Assembly (NCBI GenBank): GCA_016219225.1
Contig: JACRBX010000097.1
Location: forward strand, 1,106-65,105
Direction of reading: 5' to 3'
From: Deltaproteobacteria bacterium
GTDB taxonomy: Bacteria; Desulfobacterota; RBG-13-43-22
Length of the DNA stretch: 64,000 nt
Shown: positions 33,161-45,625 of the stretch, piece after piece
Numbering within the stretch: position 1 is the first letter of the stretch
Layout of the letters: each line of letters opens with the position of its first letter
Notes under the pieces: model-generated
Told to the model about the DNA's origin: nothing
The model's database searches: none
The model's input: the letters and a program-made list of their open reading frames with translations, nothing else
Position numbers and translations under genes: made by a program

Positions 33161-36100
33161 CTATTTCAAATCGTTATGATACTCCTGAATAGTCCGCACC
33201 GAAAGCTTTTTCTGCTGCAGAGCCTCGATGGCCTCGGCCGTGGCCCTGGCCCCGGCTACCGTGGTGGTATAGGGGATACTATGCACCAAAGCGGTTTGCC
33301 GGATGGAATAGGATTCAGAGACGCTTTTTGAACCAACGGAGGTGTTGACGACCAGTTGGATCTCTCCGTTTTTTATTAGATCTACCACATGGGGCCGGCC
33401 TTCCCGAACTTTGTTGACCATTTGATTGGAAAGCCCGGCCTGATCAAAAAACCGCGAAGTCCCCGAGGTGGCCATAATTTTAAAACCCAGATTATATAAT
33501 TTTCGGGCCGTGGATAAAATCATTTTCTTATCCTGATCCTTGACACTGATAAAAACCGTGCCGGAAAGGGGCAGTTTGCTGCCGGCCGCCAGTTGCGATT
33601 TGGCGAAGGCCAGACCAAAGCTGCGATCGATACCCATGACCTCGCCGGTGGACTTCATCTCCGGACCGAGGAGGGTATCGACTCCGGGAAAACGCAAGAA
33701 AGGGAAAACCGATTCTTTGACCGAAATATGGGAGGGATTGATTTCACGGGTCAATCCCTGGGACTTGAGACTTACGCCCAGCATGACCCGGGTGGCCACT
33801 TTGGCCCAGGGAATCCCGGTGGCCTTGCTGACAAAAGGGATGGTCCGGGAGGCCCGGGGATTGACTTCCAGGACATAGAGGATATTGTCTTTGAGGGCAT
33901 ATTGGATATTCATCAGACCCCGAACCTCCAACTCTCCGGCCAGGGCGTAAGTATTGGCCTTGATCCGTTCGATCTGATCCGGTTTAAGGGTATAAGGAGG
34001 CAGAACACAAGCGCTGTCACCGGAGTGGATTCCGGCCTCTTCAATGTGCTCCATGATCCCGCAGATCAAGGTCTTCTCTCCGTCGGAAACGGCATCCACG
34101 TCGATTTCAATGGCCTCTTCCAGAAACTTATCAATCAGGATGGGATGTCCCGGTGAAACCAGAACCGCTTTGGCCATGAAAGTTTTCAGGGCGGCCGGCT
34201 CATAGACGATCTCCATAGCCCGGCCCCCCAGGACATAGGAAGGACGGACGACCACCGGATATCCGATGGATTCGGCCACCTTGAGGGCCTCTTCCACCGT
34301 AAAGGCGGTCCCGTTTTTCGGTTGGATTAGCCCTAATTTTTTTAAAAGTTCTTGAAACCGTTCCCGGTCTTCGGCCCGGTCGATGCTGTCCGGAGAAGTT
34401 CCGATAATCGGGGCCTGGGCTGCCTGAAGACCTACGGCCAGATTCAAAGGGGTTTGGCCCCCGAACTGAACGATGACGCCTTTAGGTTTTTCCCGATCGA
34501 TAATATGGTAGACATCTTCATGGGTCAGGGGTTCGAAGTAAAGTTTATCGGAGATATCATAATCCGTACTGACCGTCTCCGGATTGCTGTTGACCATGAT
34601 ACTGGTATAGCCCTCTTCTTTGGCCGTCATCGAGGCGTGGACACAGCAATAGTCGAATTCTATCCCCTGACCGATACGATTCGGTCCGCCCCCTAAGATC
34701 ATGATGCGCTCTTTATCGGAAGGACGGAATTCATCTTCCATCTCATATGTTGAATAATAATAGGGCGTAAAGGCCTCGAATTCAGCGGCACAGGTATCGA
34801 CCAGCTTATAGACCGGGAGGATATGGAGTTCCTGTCGGCGCCGGAATATTTCCGAAGGGGGGACCTTAAGCAGATGACCCAATTGCACATCGGAAAAGCC
34901 GAATCCTTTGGCTTGTTGCAGCAGATCCGGAGAGAGGGTTTCCAGGGTACAGCCGGCCAGGGTTTTTTCCATTTCCATGATCTGGGCCAGGTTGTGGAGA
35001 AACCAGGGATCAATCCGGGTCAGGTCATAAATTTTTTCAATGCTGAGGCCGGCTTCCAGGGCGGCTTTAAGATAAAAAATCCTTTCGGAATTGGTCTGAC
35101 GGAGTTTTTTATGGATTTCATCCAACGGGACATTGTACAAATCTTTTCCATCAGCCCCAAAGCCGAAGCGACCGATCTCCAAAGAACGGATCCCTTTTTG
35201 CAGGGCCTCTTTAAAGGTCCGGCCGATGGCCATGGCCTCCCCCACGGACTTCATGGAAGTGGTCAGATAATCTTCCGTCCCGGGAAATTTTTCAAAGGTC
35301 CAGCGGGGAATCTTGACCACACAATAGTCGATGGTCGGCTCAAAGGAGGCCATGGTTTCCTTGGTAATATCATTGGGGATTTCATCAAGGGTATAACCCA
35401 CGGCCAATTTGGCGGCAATCTTGGCAATCGGGAATCCCGGAGCCTTGGAGGCCAGGGCCGAGGAACGGGAAACCCGGGGATTCATTTCAATGACCACCAT
35501 TTCCCCGCTGCCGGGATGGACGGCAAACTGGATATTCGATCCGCCGGTCTCTACCCCGATCTCACGGATAATGGCCAGGGAGGCATCCCGCATGACCTGA
35601 TATTCTTTGTCGGTCAAGGTCTGGGCCGGGGCCACGGTTATGGAATCTCCGGTGTGGACCCCCATGGGATCGAAGTTCTCGATAGAACAGATGATCACCA
35701 CATTATCCTTGAAATCCCGCATGACTTCCAGTTCATATTCTTTCCAGCCCAGGACCGATTCTTCCAGCATGACCTGGTGGATCATGCTGGCTTCCAGACC
35801 GGCCGCCACCAGGATCTCAAACTCTTCCCGATTATAAGCCACCCCGCCGCCGGTGCCCCCCAGGGTGAAACTCGGACGGATGATAACCGGATAACCGATC
35901 TTTTCCACCAATTCCCTGGCTTGCGAAAGATCAGTGGCGATAACGCTCTCCGGGACCCTCAGTCCGATCTTCCACATGGCCCGACGAAACTCATCCCGGT
36001 CTTCTGCTTTTTTGATCACCGGCAAAGAAGCCCCGATCATTTCCACGCCGTAAGCCGTGAGGACCCCCATCTCGGCCACGGCCACAGCGGTATTGAGACC

Positions 36101-36382
36101 GGTCTGTCCGCCCAGGGTCGGGAGCAGGGCCTGGGGGCGTTCCCGCTCGATGATCTTGGCCACGACCTCCGGGGTGACCGGTTCGATATAGGTCCGATGG
36201 GCCATCTCCGGATCGGTCATGATGGTGGCCGGGTTGCTGTTGACCAGGACGATTTCAAAGCCTTCTTCCCGCAAGGCCTTGCAGGCCTGGGTGCCGGAAT
36301 AATCGAATTCGCAGGCCTGGCTGATGATGATCGGGCCGGAGCCGATGATCAGGATTTTGTTGAGATCGGTTCGCCTGGGCAT
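33161..36382 (-). CDS. carB: Carbamoyl-phosphate synthase large subunit
   Basis: 1073 aa with duplicated ATP-grasp halves and an MGS-like C-terminal domain. The sequence is unmistakably CarB throughout. Confidence 0.97.
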   Translation of the reverse strand: MPRRTDLNKILIIGSGPIIISQACEFDYSGTQACKALREEGFEIVLVNSNPATIMTDPEMAHRTYIEPVTPEVVAKIIERERPQALLPTLGGQTGLNTAVAVAEMGVLTAYGVEMIGASLPVIKKAEDRDEFRRAMWKIGLRVPESVIATDLSQARELVEKIGYPVIIRPSFTLGGTGGGVAYNREEFEILVAAGLEASMIHQVMLEESVLGWKEYELEVMRDFKDNVVIICSIENFDPMGVHTGDSITVAPAQTLTDKEYQVMRDASLAIIREIGVETGGSNIQFAVHPGSGEMVVIEMNPRVSRSSALASKAPGFPIAKIAAKLAVGYTLDEIPNDITKETMASFEPTIDYCVVKIPRWTFEKFPGTEDYLTTSMKSVGEAMAIGRTFKEALQKGIRSLEIGRFGFGADGKDLYNVPLDEIHKKLRQTNSERIFYLKAALEAGLSIEKIYDLTRIDPWFLHNLAQIMEMEKTLAGCTLETLSPDLLQQAKGFGFSDVQLGHLLKVPPSEIFRRRQELHILPVYKLVDTCAAEFEAFTPYYYSTYEMEDEFRPSDKERIMILGGGPNRIGQGIEFDYCCVHASMTAKEEGYTSIMVNSNPETVSTDYDISDKLYFEPLTHEDVYHIIDREKPKGVIVQFGGQTPLNLAVGLQAAQAPIIGTSPDSIDRAEDRERFQELLKKLGLIQPKNGTAFTVEEALKVAESIGYPVVVRPSYVLGGRAMEIVYEPAALKTFMAKAVLVSPGHPILIDKFLEEAIEIDVDAVSDGEKTLICGIMEHIEEAGIHSGDSACVLPPYTLKPDQIERIKANTYALAGELEVRGLMNIQYALKDNILYVLEVNPRASRTIPFVSKATGIPWAKVATRVMLGVSLKSQGLTREINPSHISVKESVFPFLRFPGVDTLLGPEMKSTGEVMGIDRSFGLAFAKSQLAAGSKLPLSGTVFISVKDQDKKMILSTARKLYNLGFKIMATSGTSRFFDQAGLSNQMVNKVREGRPHVVDLIKNGEIQLVVNTSVGSKSVSESYSIRQTALVHSIPYTTTVAGARATAEAIEALQQKKLSVRTIQEYHNDLK

Positions 36383-36385
36383 GGG

Positions 36386-37525
<1,140 letters not shown>

Positions 37526-37526
37526 T

Positions 37527-38834
37527 TCAATTCCTGATAATCTCGGCAATCATCTCTGCCGCTTTTTGGGTGAGTCCTCTTTTGGATTTCAAGGCCTGGA
37601 GGCCGGCTTCCCCTCTTTCGGCAGCCTCCTCCGGATGCTCCAAAAAATAATGCATCCCTTCCGTCAATTCAACCTCGCCGGCCACACCGATTCCGGCCCC
37701 GGCCTTTTCTAAAAAGTCCCGGGCATCCTTAAAATCATCCATATAGGGTCCGTAGAAAACCAACTTTCCCCAGGCCGCCGGCTCCAAAATGTTCTGTCCT
37801 CCCTTGGGGACCAGACTGGCCCCGCAAAAAACCAGGGTAGCCAGGCTATAGAGGGCAAAGAGGTCTCCGATTCGGTCGACAAGGATGACCGCTTCTTTCC
37901 GGAGCCCCCCGGATTGAAGAATCCGGCTGTAAAGCTGGTAAGACACCCTTTGTTTTTTTAATAAGTCCTCTATCTCCGCACATCGATTGATATGGCGAGG
38001 GGCCAGGATGAGGGCCAGATCCGGGAAATGGGTCCTTAAACGGTTATACACGGAAAGGAGAATCGCTTCTTCCCCTCCCCGGGTACTTCCGGCCACTATG
38101 ACAGGCCCTTCCTCGGAAAGAAGAAGCCTTTGCCGGATCTTGGTCTTTACAGTTTCCCGGCCCTGATCCAACAGACTGTCATATTTGATATTCCCCAGGA
38201 TATGGACCTGCTCCGCCCTGGCACCCAGGGCGATCAAATTTTTGGCGTCATCCCCATGCCTGACCATCAAGACCTTGAAATTCCTGAGCAGGGGTCCTAT
38301 GAACCAGCGGATTTTGGAATACCGTCTGAAAGAACGCTGCGAAATCCGGCCATTGACCAGGATCAGTTTACAACCCGATCGACCCGCCTGAAAAAGAAAG
38401 TTTGGCCAAAGTTCCGTTTCCAGGGCGATAAAGGCCCTGGGACGGAAAAATTTTAAGGCCCTTTTGACACATAGCCAAAAATCCAGGGGATAATAGATAA
38501 GGGGTATATCTTTTCCCAAGAGCTTTTCGGCTGTTTCCCTTCCTGCCGGGGTTGTTGTAGAAAGAAGGAGAGGAACATCGGGGAGTTGCTCTTTGATCCT
38601 CTGTGTCAGGGCCACCGCTGCCTTGACTTCGCCCACTGAGACGGCTTGAATCCAGATGGGTCTCCCATTGGGCAAGGTTGCCTCCGGCCGAAGGGATTGC
38701 GGGTAACGACCTAATCGTTCGACCAGATGGTTACTATACTTTCCTTGGGACAGATTATACAAGATTAGGAAAGGAAACCCAACTAAAAAAAGAATTCCAG
38801 CTAGGATATTATAGCAGATAAGACCTAATGGCAT
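37527..38834 (-). CDS. waaA: 3-deoxy-D-manno-octulosonic acid (Kdo) transferase
   Basis: N-terminal TM segment, the IWIQAVSVGE motif, and a GT-B C-terminal half typical of WaaA/KdtA. Confidence 0.85.
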   Translation of the reverse strand: MPLGLICYNILAGILFLVGFPFLILYNLSQGKYSNHLVERLGRYPQSLRPEATLPNGRPIWIQAVSVGEVKAAVALTQRIKEQLPDVPLLLSTTTPAGRETAEKLLGKDIPLIYYPLDFWLCVKRALKFFRPRAFIALETELWPNFLFQAGRSGCKLILVNGRISQRSFRRYSKIRWFIGPLLRNFKVLMVRHGDDAKNLIALGARAEQVHILGNIKYDSLLDQGRETVKTKIRQRLLLSEEGPVIVAGSTRGGEEAILLSVYNRLRTHFPDLALILAPRHINRCAEIEDLLKKQRVSYQLYSRILQSGGLRKEAVILVDRIGDLFALYSLATLVFCGASLVPKGGQNILEPAAWGKLVFYGPYMDDFKDARDFLEKAGAGIGVAGEVELTEGMHYFLEHPEEAAERGEAGLQALKSKRGLTQKAAEMIAEIIRN

Positions 38835-38912
38835 AAAAAAATTATTATTTTCAAATAGATAAGATAAACTGATTGTTGCTGGTTATAGTATTTTTTAGCC
38901 AAAGGGTCAAGT

Positions 38913-40496
38913 TTAAATATTTTTGGTTTCAGTTTTTATCTCCAATATCCGGTCGAGACGAAAATGACGCAGGTCCTGCCTTTCATGGCAGTAGGCGCGC
39001 AGGCCTTCGAATCGTTTTCCTCCATATTCCATCATCTCAATAGACTCGGGGCGGATGCGGCGGCGGGATTTGGTGTCATCCGGTTTGAGATAGATGATCT
39101 CCAGGTCTTTTTTTTCCTCCATCACCTCTTTAATGATCCTGACCTTGTCGACATAAGAAAGTCTTTCTTCGGCCTTTTTATATTGAAACCGGGTCAGAAA
39201 TTTAACCACCCTGAAATCCATCAGAATGTGATGCTTTTGAATGGGCTTGGAAAGAATCAGGCCTTTAAGGCTGGTGCAGCGGCTCAGGGCCACATAAACC
39301 TGCCCGTGGGCGAAGGTACCCCGGCCGATGTCGATGACCACCTTTTCAAAGGTCTTGCCCTGACTCTTGTGAATGGTAATGGCCCAGGCCAGTTTCAGGG
39401 GGTATTGGGTGAAGGCGCCCACCGGTTGGGAAAATATTTTCCGGGCATTGGCATCGTAGGTATATTTTAAGATCTCCCAGGTAACGGGCGTAACCCGGGC
39501 AACCGTATTGTCCTCCAACTCCACCTGGATGGTATCTTCTTCCCCACGGCGGGAAATGATCCCGGTGATCTTGCCGATCGAGCCGTTGACCCAGCGGCCA
39601 AGGGGATCATTATTGAGAAGCATGACCTGGGCCCCGGTTTTCACTTCCAGAATCGTCTCGGTGGGCAGGGCCGAGGGTTCGAAGTCGCCTTCGATAAGGC
39701 CTTGAAAGGTAACCGCTTTACCCGCAAGACGATCCAGTTTTTCCTGATTTCTCTGAAAGGCCTGGTCATTGGTACTGGTCAGATAAATATAAAAATCATC
39801 TGCCTCCGGAAGAAAATCCGGGGCGCAATTTTGATTGAGCCGGACCATATCGGCATCGGTGATGGAACGGTTCCGGATGGCGTTGAGAAGACCGATGAAA
39901 TCTTCATCAGTCTGGCGGTAGATCTTTTCCAGCTCCACGAATTCCATTTCAAAACGAGGGGTCGTAAAAATTCGGGAGGAAAAAAAATAAGGGGTTTCAT
40001 ATTGAAGGCGGAAAACGGCCTTTTCAGCCGAGGTGACCACGGGAGGGAGTTGATAAAGGTCGCCGATAAAAATCATCTGGATTCCGCCGAATGATTTTTT
40101 AGGCTGCCGGCCGTTGAGGCGGAGGAATTTCTCCACACAGTCCAGGAGGTCGGCCCGGACCATGGAGACTTCGTCGATAACGATGGTTTCCAGTTGTTTA
40201 TAGAGGGTCGGCCGCTTGCTGTCCTTTGGGCTCTTTTTTTTGACCTTATCCAGGGAAATATCCGGTTTAAAGCCGCAAAAGGAATGGATGGTCTGCCCCC
40301 GGACATTGAGGGCCGCCACCCCGGTAGGGGCCAGGACGGCGATCTTTTTGCGGGTCATTTTTCGAAAATGATCCAGCAAGGTCGATTTTCCCGTCCCGGC
40401 CTTCCCGGTGACAAAAAGATGCCGGTCGGTATTCTCCATCAGCTCCAGGGCCTGCTGAAATCGCTCATTGATCTCGATCGGGTTGGTTTTGGGCAT
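38913..40496 (-). CDS. PIF1/RecD-like SF1 helicase with a C-terminal WYL-like domain
   Basis: Walker A GKAGTGKST, IVIDEVSMV, AITIHKSQGKTF and VALSRC motifs. The C-terminal ~70 aa (LEIIYLKPDDTKSRRRIRPESI...LRAYCHERQDLRHFRLDRILEI) fits the WYL pattern. The start is at ATG 40496. Confidence 0.8.
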   Translation of the reverse strand: MPKTNPIEINERFQQALELMENTDRHLFVTGKAGTGKSTLLDHFRKMTRKKIAVLAPTGVAALNVRGQTIHSFCGFKPDISLDKVKKKSPKDSKRPTLYKQLETIVIDEVSMVRADLLDCVEKFLRLNGRQPKKSFGGIQMIFIGDLYQLPPVVTSAEKAVFRLQYETPYFFSSRIFTTPRFEMEFVELEKIYRQTDEDFIGLLNAIRNRSITDADMVRLNQNCAPDFLPEADDFYIYLTSTNDQAFQRNQEKLDRLAGKAVTFQGLIEGDFEPSALPTETILEVKTGAQVMLLNNDPLGRWVNGSIGKITGIISRRGEEDTIQVELEDNTVARVTPVTWEILKYTYDANARKIFSQPVGAFTQYPLKLAWAITIHKSQGKTFEKVVIDIGRGTFAHGQVYVALSRCTSLKGLILSKPIQKHHILMDFRVVKFLTRFQYKKAEERLSYVDKVRIIKEVMEEKKDLEIIYLKPDDTKSRRRIRPESIEMMEYGGKRFEGLRAYCHERQDLRHFRLDRILEIKTETKNI

Positions 40497-40637
40497 GAGG
40501 TTTAGGTAACATTGTTTAACAGGGGGTGTCAACGGCAATTGGAAAGGCTAAGGAATAGGGGGCCAATTTGTCTTGACTTTTCCTGATTTCTTTTCTACTT
40601 AAATGACGTTGATATTTTCCAATATTGGAGGGGATAG

Positions 40638-41603
40638 ATGCTCGTCTCAAAAAGCAAGTGTTTTTGGGTAGTTTTGGCATTGGTGGGGATGATGATCCCC
40701 GGTCTGGCCCATTCGGCTAATTTTCCGAACAAACCTATTACCCTGATCGTCCCTTACCCGGCCGGAGGGGCAACCGACGTGGTTATCCGGCCTCTGGCGG
40801 AAGCGGCCAAAAAATATCTCGGCCAACCGGTGATTGTGGAAAACAAAGGCGGCGGCGGCGGAGCTGTAGGCGTTGGCAGCATTATCGGGAAAAATCCGGA
40901 TGGCTACCTTCTTTCAGTAGTGGTTACCAGCCTCCACCGGGTTTCCTATATCAATAAGCTCTCTTTTGATACGGTAAAGGATATAACCCCCGTCATGCGG
41001 GTTGGCGGTTACCTTTATGGTATCCTGGTCAATCAAAATTCCCCCCATAAGACTCTGAAAGACCTGCTGGATTATGCCAAGGCCAATCCTGGAAAGCTCA
41101 GTTACATGGCTTCCGGGATCGGAACCGGTGGGCATATCGCCATGGAAGAACTGGGCTATTTTTCCGGAGGCCTCAAGTTCAATCATCTGCCTTCGAAAGG
41201 GGACCAGGAATCCTCCACAGCCCTTCTGGGCGGTCACGTAGATGCCATTTCCACGACATCCGGCTGGATCCCCCTGGTCGAGGCCGGAAAACTGCGATTA
41301 TTGGCCACCTATGGAGACAAAAGGACCAAGCGGTATCCCAACATACCCACCGTATATGAGCTGGGGTATAAATTTGTTCATACCTCTCCCATCGGTATTG
41401 TGGGCCCCAAAGGGATGCCCAAAGAGATCATCAAGGTCTTGCATGATGCCTTCAAGAAAGCCCTGGATGATCCCTTGTTTTTAGAGACCATGGCTAAATT
41501 CGAGATGCCGGTCATGTATCAAAATTCGGAGGATTTCGGGAAATATTGGGCCGAGGCTTATGGTGAAGCCGGGGAACATGTCAAAAAATATATGAAGAAA
41601 TAG
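40638..41603 (+). CDS. tctC: TctC (Bug family) substrate-binding protein, second system
   Basis: Signal peptide plus the PITLIVPYPAGGATDV and ENKGGGGG motifs. Confidence 0.85.
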   Translation: MLVSKSKCFWVVLALVGMMIPGLAHSANFPNKPITLIVPYPAGGATDVVIRPLAEAAKKYLGQPVIVENKGGGGGAVGVGSIIGKNPDGYLLSVVVTSLHRVSYINKLSFDTVKDITPVMRVGGYLYGILVNQNSPHKTLKDLLDYAKANPGKLSYMASGIGTGGHIAMEELGYFSGGLKFNHLPSKGDQESSTALLGGHVDAISTTSGWIPLVEAGKLRLLATYGDKRTKRYPNIPTVYELGYKFVHTSPIGIVGPKGMPKEIIKVLHDAFKKALDDPLFLETMAKFEMPVMYQNSEDFGKYWAEAYGEAGEHVKKYMKK

Positions 41604-41608
41604 CCGAC

Positions 41609-42064
41609 TTGAAAAAATCGTCCTCGATCATCAATATCATCTGGATCGCCTTTTCGGCTGCCGTTGCCCTGGAAGCCTGGCGTTTGGACCCGGGTAACCT
41701 CCATTCCCCCGGGCCGGGTTTTTTGCCTTTTATAGCCGCTGTGCTCCTGGGAATTCTGGCGGTAATCGCTTTTATCCAGACCCTGAAGGAAAAGGCCTCC
41801 CAGGACAAGGGATTCCTCTCCTTCGGGGATTATTTGATCAAGGTAGGTTTCCTGACCGGGGCCTTGATCGTTTACGTCTTTTTACTTAATGTACTGGGTT
41901 TTTTATTGGGGACCTTTCTCCTGCTCCTATTGTTATTCCGGATAGTCGAACCCTTAAGGTGGCGAACGGTTTTGATGGCCACTCTGATCACCTTGGGTGT
42001 CGTTTATCTCCTTTTTAACGTATTCTTGGGGACCCAGTTGCCCAAAGGGGTTTTAGGACTGTGA
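41609..42064 (+). CDS. tctB: TctB small membrane subunit, second system
   Basis: 151 aa with four hydrophobic segments and a TTG start. It lies between tctC and tctA. Confidence 0.7.
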   Translation: MKKSSSIINIIWIAFSAAVALEAWRLDPGNLHSPGPGFLPFIAAVLLGILAVIAFIQTLKEKASQDKGFLSFGDYLIKVGFLTGALIVYVFLLNVLGFLLGTFLLLLLLFRIVEPLRWRTVLMATLITLGVVYLLFNVFLGTQLPKGVLGL

Positions 42065-42095
42065 CAGACAACTCAGGATGCATGATTATTAACTT

Positions 42096-43610
42096 ATGGA
42101 TGTAATTAACCAACTCCTTCTGGGTTTTTCGGTAGCCTTTCAGCCGGTCAACCTGTTTTATTGTTTTTTGGGCTGCTTGATCGGGACACTGGTCGGGGTG
42201 CTGCCCGGTCTGGGGCCTACGGCGGCCATGTCCCTGTTGCTTCCCACCACCTTTCACGTGCCTCCGGTTTCGGCCATCATCATGTTGGCCGGGATCTATT
42301 ACGGGGCCATGTACGGCGGGTCCACTACCTCCATCCTGGTCAATATTCCAGGTGAGGCCGCTTCCGTCATGACCTCCCTGGACGGCTATGCCATGGCCCG
42401 CCAGGGGAGAGCCGGCCCGGCCCTGGGAATATCCGCTTTTGGTTCCTTTATAGCAGGCACCATTGGACTGGTTGGATTATCCTTTCTGTCTCCTCCCCTG
42501 GTCTCTTTCGCCCTCAAATTCGGACCTCCTGAATATTTTTCCCTCATGTGCCTGGGCATGGTGGTCCTCACCTTCCTGACCTCCGCTTCCATGATTCAAT
42601 CTCTAATGATGGCCTGTTTGGGGATCATTATCGGGACAGTAGGCACTGATACGGTATCGGGGTCCACCCGTTTTACCTTCGGGATAATGGAGTTGATGGA
42701 TGGTGTGGGTTTGGTCCCTTTGGTAATGGGCCTCTTTGGTATCTCCGAAATACTTCTCAATCTCGAACAGAAGATCAATCGGGATATTTTTATGACCCGG
42801 GTCAAAGGTCTGCTTCCGACGGCCCAGGATTGGCTCCAGGCCAAATGGGCCATCCTCCGGGGAACAGTGATCGGGTTTCTGCTCGGTATCCTGCCCGGCG
42901 GCGGAGCGGTCCTGGCCTCCTTTGTGGCCTATGCCATAGAAAAAAAGGCTTCCAGGACACCGGAAAAATTCGGCTCCGGTATGATTGAAGGGGTGGCCTC
43001 TCCCGAATCGGCCAATAATGCAGCGGCCCAGGCGGCCTTTATCCCCCTTTTGACCCTTGGACTTCCATCCAATGTCGTCATGGCCGTACTTTTGGGGGCA
43101 TTGATCATCCACGGCGTAACGCCGGGACCTCTTCTTTTAAGTCAACACCCCGATGTTTTCTGGGGGGTGGTGGCCAGCATGTATCTGGGCAATATGATGC
43201 TTCTGGTCTTGAACCTCCCTCTTATCGGGATCTGGGTTCAACTCCTCAAGATCCCCTATCCTTTGATGATGCCCATGATTATTATTTTCTGCCTCATCGG
43301 GGCCTATTCCATCGCCGGCAGTACTACCGATATCTATATCATGCTTTTCTTCGGGGTCATCGGCTATTTGATGAAAAAACTCCGCTATGAGGCCCCTCCC
43401 CTGGTCCTGGCCTTTGTTTTGGGGCCCATGCTGGAGTATTACCTGAAATCATCGCTCATGTTGTCCCACGGAAGTTTCCGGATCTTTTTTATCCGCCCTA
43501 TTTCAGCCGTTTGCCTGATCATTACCTTATTGCTTTTATTTCTTCCTGTTCTGAAGACCTTTCGAGGGAAACGGGTAGCCGTTGCTGAAAAAGCCGAAGA
43601 TCTCTCTTAA
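42096..43610 (+). CDS. tctA: TctA large permease, second system
   Basis: Same motifs as the first TctA (GVLPGLGP, YGAMYGGSTTSILVN, ESANNAA). Confidence 0.9.
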   Translation: MDVINQLLLGFSVAFQPVNLFYCFLGCLIGTLVGVLPGLGPTAAMSLLLPTTFHVPPVSAIIMLAGIYYGAMYGGSTTSILVNIPGEAASVMTSLDGYAMARQGRAGPALGISAFGSFIAGTIGLVGLSFLSPPLVSFALKFGPPEYFSLMCLGMVVLTFLTSASMIQSLMMACLGIIIGTVGTDTVSGSTRFTFGIMELMDGVGLVPLVMGLFGISEILLNLEQKINRDIFMTRVKGLLPTAQDWLQAKWAILRGTVIGFLLGILPGGGAVLASFVAYAIEKKASRTPEKFGSGMIEGVASPESANNAAAQAAFIPLLTLGLPSNVVMAVLLGALIIHGVTPGPLLLSQHPDVFWGVVASMYLGNMMLLVLNLPLIGIWVQLLKIPYPLMMPMIIIFCLIGAYSIAGSTTDIYIMLFFGVIGYLMKKLRYEAPPLVLAFVLGPMLEYYLKSSLMLSHGSFRIFFIRPISAVCLIITLLLLFLPVLKTFRGKRVAVAEKAEDLS

Positions 43611-44179
43611 ACAGGGAATGGGGGAGGCTCTTTGGGATTCGCTTCTACATAAAGAAAGATTAAAAACGGAAAAGCCGAATTTATCAGCCTTGAAGAATTG
43701 AAGGCTAACCGCAAATGCTGATGACTTGAACAGCGGGCGTTGGTGATAACTTTTGGGACAGTTTATATACTTAACGATGATCCTGACTGAATTTTTCAGT
43801 CACGTTTGTCAAGACCGATATTGTGAATTCTATTCCAGTATCCGCGACAACCGGACCGAGTCCCTGCAGACCATCAAATCCCAACAATTTTTTCCATACT
43901 CGGTTTGGTAGAGGATCAACTCTGATTTGCCGGGTATATCTTTTTCCATTTCCTGCCCATTTTGGTTTTCCCTCACTTTTTTCTCATGGTTCCACCTCCT
44001 CGCCGAAAAGAATAATTGTCCCGGCTTGGGGCGGAGTATCGAAACGAACCTCCCGGCAAACTAACCCGAAATAAGTCAATTCAGAATCAACGTCCCCCTT
44101 TACCCTTTACGATCATTGGCGCCCCCGCAGACGGCACCAACCAAGCCATTGGACACCGATGTTACTTGCTCGCAGGGCC

Positions 44180-45562
44180 TCAGGATTGAAAATTATCCTT
44201 GGCCAGGATACCGAACTGCTTCATTCTATTCCAGATGGTTACCCGGGAAACCCCCAGGATCCGGGCGGCTTCCGATTGATTGCCTTTGGCTTGCTTGAGG
44301 GCCTCCAGAAGTTCCTGCTTTTTCTTTTCCATGGGATTGACCGGGACTCTTTCCGGGGAAGGTGTCCTTCCGGACCTCTGGAAAAGACTGGAAGGCAGAT
44401 GGTGGGGTTGGATCAAGCCTTCCGGACAGGTCACAAAGGCGTATTCAAAAACACTCCGGAGTTCCCGGATGTTGCCCGGCCAATCGTAGCCCATGAAGAC
44501 CTCCATGGTTTCCGGGTTTATTCCCTGGATCGGTTTTCCGCTTTTAAGTTTCATCCGTCGGAAAAATGTCTCGGCCAATAAGGGGATATCCTCCCGCCTT
44601 TCTCTCAGGGCCGGCAACTGGACCGGGATGACATTGATCCTGAAGAAAAGATCCTCCCGGAAAAGCCCTTTATCCACCAGGGTTTTCAGATCCTTATGAG
44701 TTGCTGAAATAATCCGCACATCAATAGGTTTGGGTTTGTGATCCCCCACCCGTTCAATCATCTTATTTTCCAGGACCCTTAATAACTTGACCTGGGTGGA
44801 AAGGGGAAGATCCCCCACTTCATCCAAGAAGATATCGCCGCCATGGGCCGCCTCAAACCGGCCTTCCCGGTCTCGAATGGCGCCGGTGAAAGCCCCTTTC
44901 ACATGCCCGAAAAGCTCACTTTCCAGCAAGGACTCCGAAAGGGCCGCACAATTGACCTTGACAAAAGGTTTGCCCTGGCGGGGGCCGCTTTCATGAATGG
45001 CTTCGGCCGCCAACTCCTTTCCGGTGCCGCTTTCCCCGAATATAATCACCGGGGCATCGGACTGGGCCACCTTGGCCAGGAGATCAAACACCCGAACCAT
45101 GGGAGGGGACACCCCCAGCGAGCCATGGAAACCATCCCTGGACCGGAGTTCCCGGCGGAATTCCTCTATCTGGTGGTCTTTTTCAATGATCTCGGAAATG
45201 TCGGTCAGGGTTTCCACGGCCCCGATGACCTGGCCCGAACTGTCATGGAGTAAGGAAGCGTTTTTCAAAAGGTGAAAGGACTGCCTGTTTTTTTTCTTCA
45301 TGGTGCACTGCTTCATCCTGATTTCACCGGATTTAAACAGGTTGCACCAGTGTTGCCCGGCCTGATCCCGGACGATATGGCACATATTGCAATCCAGGAC
45401 GGAACAGGGTTTTCCGATCAACTCCCCTTCTTTATACCCCAGGAGCTTATCCACGGCCTTATTGACCGATACGATAACCCCCTTCCGGTCGACGATAATG
45501 ATCCCTTCCTTAATGGTGTCCACCACGGTTTTCCAATAGCGGTTCATTTCAGGTTTCAACAT
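44180..45562 (-). CDS. Sigma-54-dependent transcriptional activator (Cys-rich PAS, AAA+, Fis-type HTH)
   Basis: GESGTGKE Walker A, the GAFTGA loop, a C-terminal HTH ([17 protein letters not shown]), and an N-terminal PAS domain carrying five Cys. Confidence 0.92.
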   Translation of the reverse strand: MLKPEMNRYWKTVVDTIKEGIIIVDRKGVIVSVNKAVDKLLGYKEGELIGKPCSVLDCNMCHIVRDQAGQHWCNLFKSGEIRMKQCTMKKKNRQSFHLLKNASLLHDSSGQVIGAVETLTDISEIIEKDHQIEEFRRELRSRDGFHGSLGVSPPMVRVFDLLAKVAQSDAPVIIFGESGTGKELAAEAIHESGPRQGKPFVKVNCAALSESLLESELFGHVKGAFTGAIRDREGRFEAAHGGDIFLDEVGDLPLSTQVKLLRVLENKMIERVGDHKPKPIDVRIISATHKDLKTLVDKGLFREDLFFRINVIPVQLPALRERREDIPLLAETFFRRMKLKSGKPIQGINPETMEVFMGYDWPGNIRELRSVFEYAFVTCPEGLIQPHHLPSSLFQRSGRTPSPERVPVNPMEKKKQELLEALKQAKGNQSEAARILGVSRVTIWNRMKQFGILAKDNFQS

Positions 45563-45573
45563 AGGGCTTTACT

Positions 45574-45625
45574 CCTGTTAAATAATTAAACATTTGTTAA
45601 ATAATAAGTTAACACATTAAACAGG
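45574..45625. promoter_or_regulatory. AT-rich dyad/direct-repeat region, candidate activator binding sites (UAS)
   Basis: TGTTAAATAAT is repeated at 45576 and 45595. TGT-N11-ACA sits at 45576-45592 and TGT-N14-ACA at 45595-45614. The outer arms are CCTGTT / AACAGG. The region lies about 100-150 nt upstream of the -24/-12 promoter. Confidence 0.3.

Noticed and set aside
40573-40601. Possible sigma-70 promoter (TTGACT-17-TACTTA) for the second tctC operon.
   Set aside because: The -10 hexamer is poor (it lacks the final T) and alternative spacings are no better. The support is too weak to call as a feature.
43823-44074. 83-aa plus-strand ORF in the gap downstream of the second tctA.
   Set aside because: Pro/Ser-rich low-complexity sequence, with no RBS and no motif. 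It lies in a region better explained as decayed or non-coding.
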